Source: Pseudomonadota bacterium
GTDB lineage: Bacteria; Bdellovibrionota_B; Oligoflexia; Oligoflexales; CAIYRB01
Assembly: GCA_031416315.1 (NCBI GenBank)
Contig: JANOTL010000044.1
Location: 1-18,348, forward strand
DNA length: 18,348 nucleotides
Direction: 5' to 3'
The translations under genes were made by a program, and so were the position numbers. Each line of letters opens with the position of its first letter. Positions within the stretch are counted from its first letter, which is position 1. Of the stretch, positions 15,501 through 18,348 are shown piece after piece. The notes under the pieces are model-generated. The model made no database searches, was not told the origin of the DNA, and was given only the letters and a program-made list of their open reading frames with translations.

Positions 15501-18348
15501 CGTGTAGAAGGTTTTCCAGCGCTCCGCGGCGGTCACGGCCTCGGCGGCGCGCTTCGCGCTCGCCGCAGCCTCTTTCGCCTTCGTCTCGTCGGAGTCCGCC
15601 GCTTTCTCGTCGTCATCGTCGTCATCGTCGTCATCGCCGGTCTTCACCGACTTGATCTGGGGCGCGCCAGGCAGCGGCTCGGCCTCTTGCTCGACGGTCA
15701 CGACCGTCGACGCCCCGGCCGCGGCCGAGGCCAAAGAAAGCATCGCCCAGCCGTCGTGGCCTTCGCCGGTCGCGTCCAAGTCGCGCGCCACGCGCTGAAC
15801 GTTCGCATACACGATCAGCATCGTGCTGGGAATATCGAGCGCTACGAGCTGCTTCATTGTCATGTCGGCGACGAAGTCTATAGACCCTGCCGTTCCCGGC
15901 GACGCGACGACGATCGAGCGCCCCGGCTCGACATCATTGACGCGCGTCGGCGCATCGACATGCACCAAATTGTACGGAATGAACTTTTTCCCGACGTGCT
16001 CCGATCCTTCGAGCTTGATCGGCTCATAGTCGCGCGTCGCATTCGCCGCCCTGATGCCGCCTTCGCCCTGGGTCCAGGCGACGTGCCCGACGCCGAGCTT
16101 GCCGAGCATGCGCTGCGCGAACAGCTGCGGAAGCGCGTCGATCGCTGGCAGGAAGACGAGCTGGAGCCGGTCCTTTAACGACGCGCCGTCAAATTGAACG
16201 TCTTCCCACGGCGCTTCCCAGAGCTCGCCGCTGGGTACGATATAGAGGCGTCCGCCCTTTGGCGGCAGGAGGCCACTAATGCTCGAGAGCGCCGAAGCAT
16301 AGGTCTCTGGTCGGTCGCTGGCGCCGTCGGCGATGTTGGCTGATGCGATCCTGACGCCCTTTTTCGACTGCAGCGCGATCAGGGTCTTGCCCGACTTCAA
16401 GCGATGAAAGGTCGCGACCGCCTCGTCGTCGCCCAAAGCCGCGGCGATCGCCGTATCTTCCTTCAGGCTGAGAAGCCTCTGGACCGAGTTCGGCACCGTG
16501 TTACGAGTTTCCTCGCGGCCCTCGGCGTCCTCGCCGTCCTTCTCCTTGTTCGCGGGGATCACGACCTTGACCTCGACTGGCATCGAGCGCAGGAACGCGT
16601 CGGTGTGCCGCATCAGGAGATAGCGACGCAGGTAGAGGTTGACGCGCTCCGGGGCCGCGGTGCCGACGACGCTTTCGATTAGGCTCTCGAAGACCGAGCG
16701 GGCGGCGTTACGGTCCGCGACGGACTCGAAACTCCCGCCTGCGAGGACGTGCCGGTCGAGAGCCTCGAAGGCCTTCTCCCAATCCTGCTTTGCCGCGAGC
16801 ACCTTCCACTCGAATTCAGGGCTTTCCGGCAGCTCATCACGAAAGGCCGAGACGTCGCTCGCGAGTTCTTCGTCGCCCTCTTTGCCCTCGAAATTCGTCG
16901 CATACGCGTAGAGCGCAGCGTTCCGAGCGTCTTCGGCCTGAGCGAACTGCCGCGACAAGGCCAACGACTCCTCGAGGGCCTTCTTCGACTCGTCCTCGAG
17001 GCCCTTGGCGTTCCTCACGTACTTGAACGTCGAAGCGAGGCTGAGCGCCGCTGCCAAGGGCTTCGTCTGCCCCTTGGCGCCATCCTTGACGACCGGCCTC
17101 AGCTCGGCCACGGTCGCGTCGAGCTGTTTTGCGGTCGCGTCGACCTCACTCGAAGGCAGAAGCCCGAGGCTCGCGAGGCGCAGGTCGACGCGCGCGGCGT
17201 TGAGGCCGTTCATCGACTCGCCCTCGGTCGGAAATTTCTGCCCTTCGGCCCGCAGAAGGCGCGCCGTCGCGGTCGCCGCACGGAAGAAGCGCCGCGCCTC
17301 CCAATGATCGCCGAGCGCGAGACGCTCCGCGCCGATATTGTTCTGGATGATCGCGATCTCTTCCGCGAGGACGTTTTCCTTCTTGTCTTCTTCCTTCTGT
17401 AGCTTGGCCCGCTGCTCCTTCAGCATCTCGTGCTTGCGCAGATGGGTCGCCAGCGCCAGGTCGTAACGCTCTAATTTTTCATATATTTTTGCCTTGAAAC
17501 TGACGATGAGGTTCTGCCTCGCGAACAGGTCGAATCCTTTAGCCGCCGAGCTCTGACCGGCCAGGTCGACCTCCTTGGCCTCGCCTTCATCCGCTTCGCC
17601 TTCTTTCGCGTCGTCATTGTCGCCTTCCGCCAGTTTCTTGCGCTTGGCGGCGATGGCGGCGAATTCCTTCTCCGCCGTCTCGAAGGACCCGAGCGCGTCG
17701 GCGTAGCTGCCGGCCTCGAAATGGCAGTAGCCGAGGTTCGACAGCGTGCCCGCCATATTCTCGCGCTGCTTCAAGCGCTCTTGCAGCTTGAGGAGGCGCT
17801 CGTAGACGATGATGGCCTGTTTGTGAGCCTTTCGCTCACGGAGCGTGAGCCCGAGCGCGTCCAGCGAGTAGCCGATCTCGGTTTCGTCATTGACCTTCTC
17901 CCAAACGCCGAGCGCGGTCTTCTGCAGGGTCTCGGCGAGCTCGAGCTCCTCGGTCTGAAATGCCGAGCGCCCGGCACGGCGCCAGAGAACGCCTTCCGTC
18001 CGGGCATCTCGCGTCGGAATCACCGGCAGGAGCTTGATGCGCCGCATGTAGTAGTTCAGGCTCTTTTGGAAGTTATTGAGCTCGTAGTACGCCTGTCCGA
18101 GGTTCTGTGCGAGGCCGGCTTGCTCGACGCTCGCGTCTTCTGACAGAAAGAAACCGGTCTGCAGCGCATCGATCGCCAGCTCCAGCCAGTTCGGGTCGCT
18201 GGCGCCGAAGAAGTCTTGCACCAATCCGAAGCGCTTTTTGGCGTCCGCGAGGACCGATCCGGACTCGTAATATCTCTGCTGCCAAAAGCCCTTCTGCAGA
18301 TAGAGCCAACCGAGTGTCTGGTGGATCTGCAGGATCTGCGCGTTGATG
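12561..18348 (-). CDS. Giant TPR-CHAT (caspase-like peptidase) protein, >1928 aa, 5'-truncated by the window edge; TPR - dead CHAT - TPR - active CHAT
   Basis: Frame stays open upstream of 18224 to the edge (INAQILQIHQTLGWLYLQKG...). C-terminal CHAT has LAIVPHASLHFLPF, LHVASHG (His 12963-12965), LVTLSACESG (Cys 12828-12830), AGADTVVSSLW and HPAYWAGF. Many TPRs; AERARSRAF linker motif. Confidence 0.92.
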   Translation of the reverse strand, partial: INAQILQIHQTLGWLYLQKGFWQQRYYESGSVLADAKKRFGLVQDFFGASDPNWLELAIDALQTGFFLSEDASVEQAGLAQNLGQAYYELNNFQKSLNYYMRRIKLLPVIPTRDARTEGVLWRRAGRSAFQTEELELAETLQKTALGVWEKVNDETEIGYSLDALGLTLRERKAHKQAIIVYERLLKLQERLKQRENMAGTLSNLGYCHFEAGSYADALGSFETAEKEFAAIAAKRKKLAEGDNDDAKEGEADEGEAKEVDLAGQSSAAKGFDLFARQNLIVSFKAKIYEKLERYDLALATHLRKHEMLKEQRAKLQKEEDKKENVLAEEIAIIQNNIGAERLALGDHWEARRFFRAATATARLLRAEGQKFPTEGESMNGLNAARVDLRLASLGLLPSSEVDATAKQLDATVAELRPVVKDGAKGQTKPLAAALSLASTFKYVRNAKGLEDESKKALEESLALSRQFAQAEDARNAALYAYATNFEGKEGDEELASDVSAFRDELPESPEFEWKVLAAKQDWEKAFEALDRHVLAGGSFESVADRNAARSVFESLIESVVGTAAPERVNLYLRRYLLMRHTDAFLRSMPVEVKVVIPANKEKDGEDAEGREETRNTVPNSVQRLLSLKEDTAIAAALGDDEAVATFHRLKSGKTLIALQSKKGVRIASANIADGASDRPETYASALSSISGLLPPKGGRLYIVPSGELWEAPWEDVQFDGASLKDRLQLVFLPAIDALPQLFAQRMLGKLGVGHVAWTQGEGGIRAANATRDYEPIKLEGSEHVGKKFIPYNLVHVDAPTRVNDVEPGRSIVVASPGTAGSIDFVADMTMKQLVALDIPSTMLIVYANVQRVARDLDATGEGHDGWAMLSLASAAAGASTVVTVEQEAEPLPGAPQIKSVKTGDDDDDDDDDEKAADSDETKAKEAAASAKRAAEAVTAAERWKTFYTALEGRDVADALRLSGIKGRVLGYAGIPASEELAYAKANLSALKKEAEEAAKDKEDLAERANALKKVYYFQTLLKDDNQVETLKALVQTYKDGNNSIRALHYQKKIAASLEKGDDKEEYGGALIGAATLAVRSEQADEATRLLDEAEKIFAAEEDDAQLGLIYQYRGINFEKQKKYEETIAAFKKSRELLLEENPAQAAMRLLDIGTIYRNRLSEFREAFKYYDQAAGEFKKLGRKTEYVAAAIDRANTLKDIGQLETAIASLTNDVIPAIDIEEQRFLWVRANQALAASYFRAGSYQDALDTAAATIAAAEELEKPEQRALWTVNAIDVRAQVAARLGNPKEAFADFRRTIEMASEFNLRGKVADQYNNYGNYARDYGDPDRAIEFFNIALGIDRELKSREGIAFDQRNLALAITVKGDLNGARALLLEALKVSEELRLSYNAAYCYFGLGDINMREKKWKEAEAMFAKALDVSRKGYMQDFIWRAMAGVGRAKMKAGEVAEGTKLLAESVALIEGLRAGLKAEESRNGFMSDVGVQEVYESYVVALMAENKDELAWTTAERARSRAFIDSLGTQKIKFAREQSSKLIAEEKEQRAAVDAAESKDKPAELAAENDRYQKILTKMRSADAQLTQFVSVESITPSELGNLLPADTALVQYASTPEKLFIWVIQGGRLKSTSVDVSRQDLSGRIRDFRTLMQNFSSTEYLGKELGTFLIDPIKDLVAGAKRLAIVPHASLHFLPFAALPMEKENLVDRFSIYYLDSATMARFTHHKGPKDEPLAPSSRVVAFANPQNENGGVDLPFAGKEAAVIGRYFPEVEVHEGAQALESKLKSEASNLKVLHVASHGEFRPSSPGESRLFLAADSSADGNLSVNEIFGLSTQADLVTLSACESGLGRLSLGDEVIGMHRAFLFAGADTVVSSLWRISDVASAVTMKRFYRYLSEGQDKAEAMRHAQQVVRKYFAHPAYWAGFRVVGDYR
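15609..15635 (-). repeat. (GATGACGAC)x3 encoding Asp9 within the TPR-CHAT gene
   Basis: Plus strand gtcgtcatc x3; translation KTGDDDDDDDDDEK. Confidence 0.9.

Noticed and set aside
18222..18224. TTG 18224 as the start of the TPR-CHAT gene
   Set aside because: The frame remains open and TPR-like up to the window edge, so the true start lies outside the window.
11056..18348. CRISPR-associated (Craspase/SAVED-CHAT) or gasdermin defence locus
   Set aside because: No CRISPR repeats, cas, SAVED or gasdermin-like sequence were recognised in the window; the upstream context is not visible.

Overview
GC-rich bacterial chromosomal segment; gene content and promoter types suggest a Gram-negative Bdellovibrionota/Oligoflexia- or deltaproteobacteria-like organism (inference). 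From left to right: the 3' part of purK; a class Ia ribonucleotide reductase operon (nrdA-nrdB) with a sigma70 promoter, two NrdR boxes and DnaA-box-like repeats; a low-complexity lipoprotein behind a sigma28-like promoter; a tightly coupled minus-strand envelope redox operon (CxxC lipoprotein, TlpA-like thioredoxin, DUF4266-like Cys-tailed lipoprotein, DUF3570-like beta-barrel, LPG_synthase_TM/flippase-like protein) behind a sigma54-like promoter; a divergent, sigma28-promoted protein with two degenerate receiver domains and TPRs; and a giant (>1928 aa, running off the right edge) TPR-CHAT caspase-like protease carrying one catalytically dead and one intact CHAT domain, translationally coupled to an uncharacterised lipoprotein. 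No CRISPR array, tRNA/rRNA or mobile element was recognised. Family assignments come from motif recognition by eye, not from database searches.
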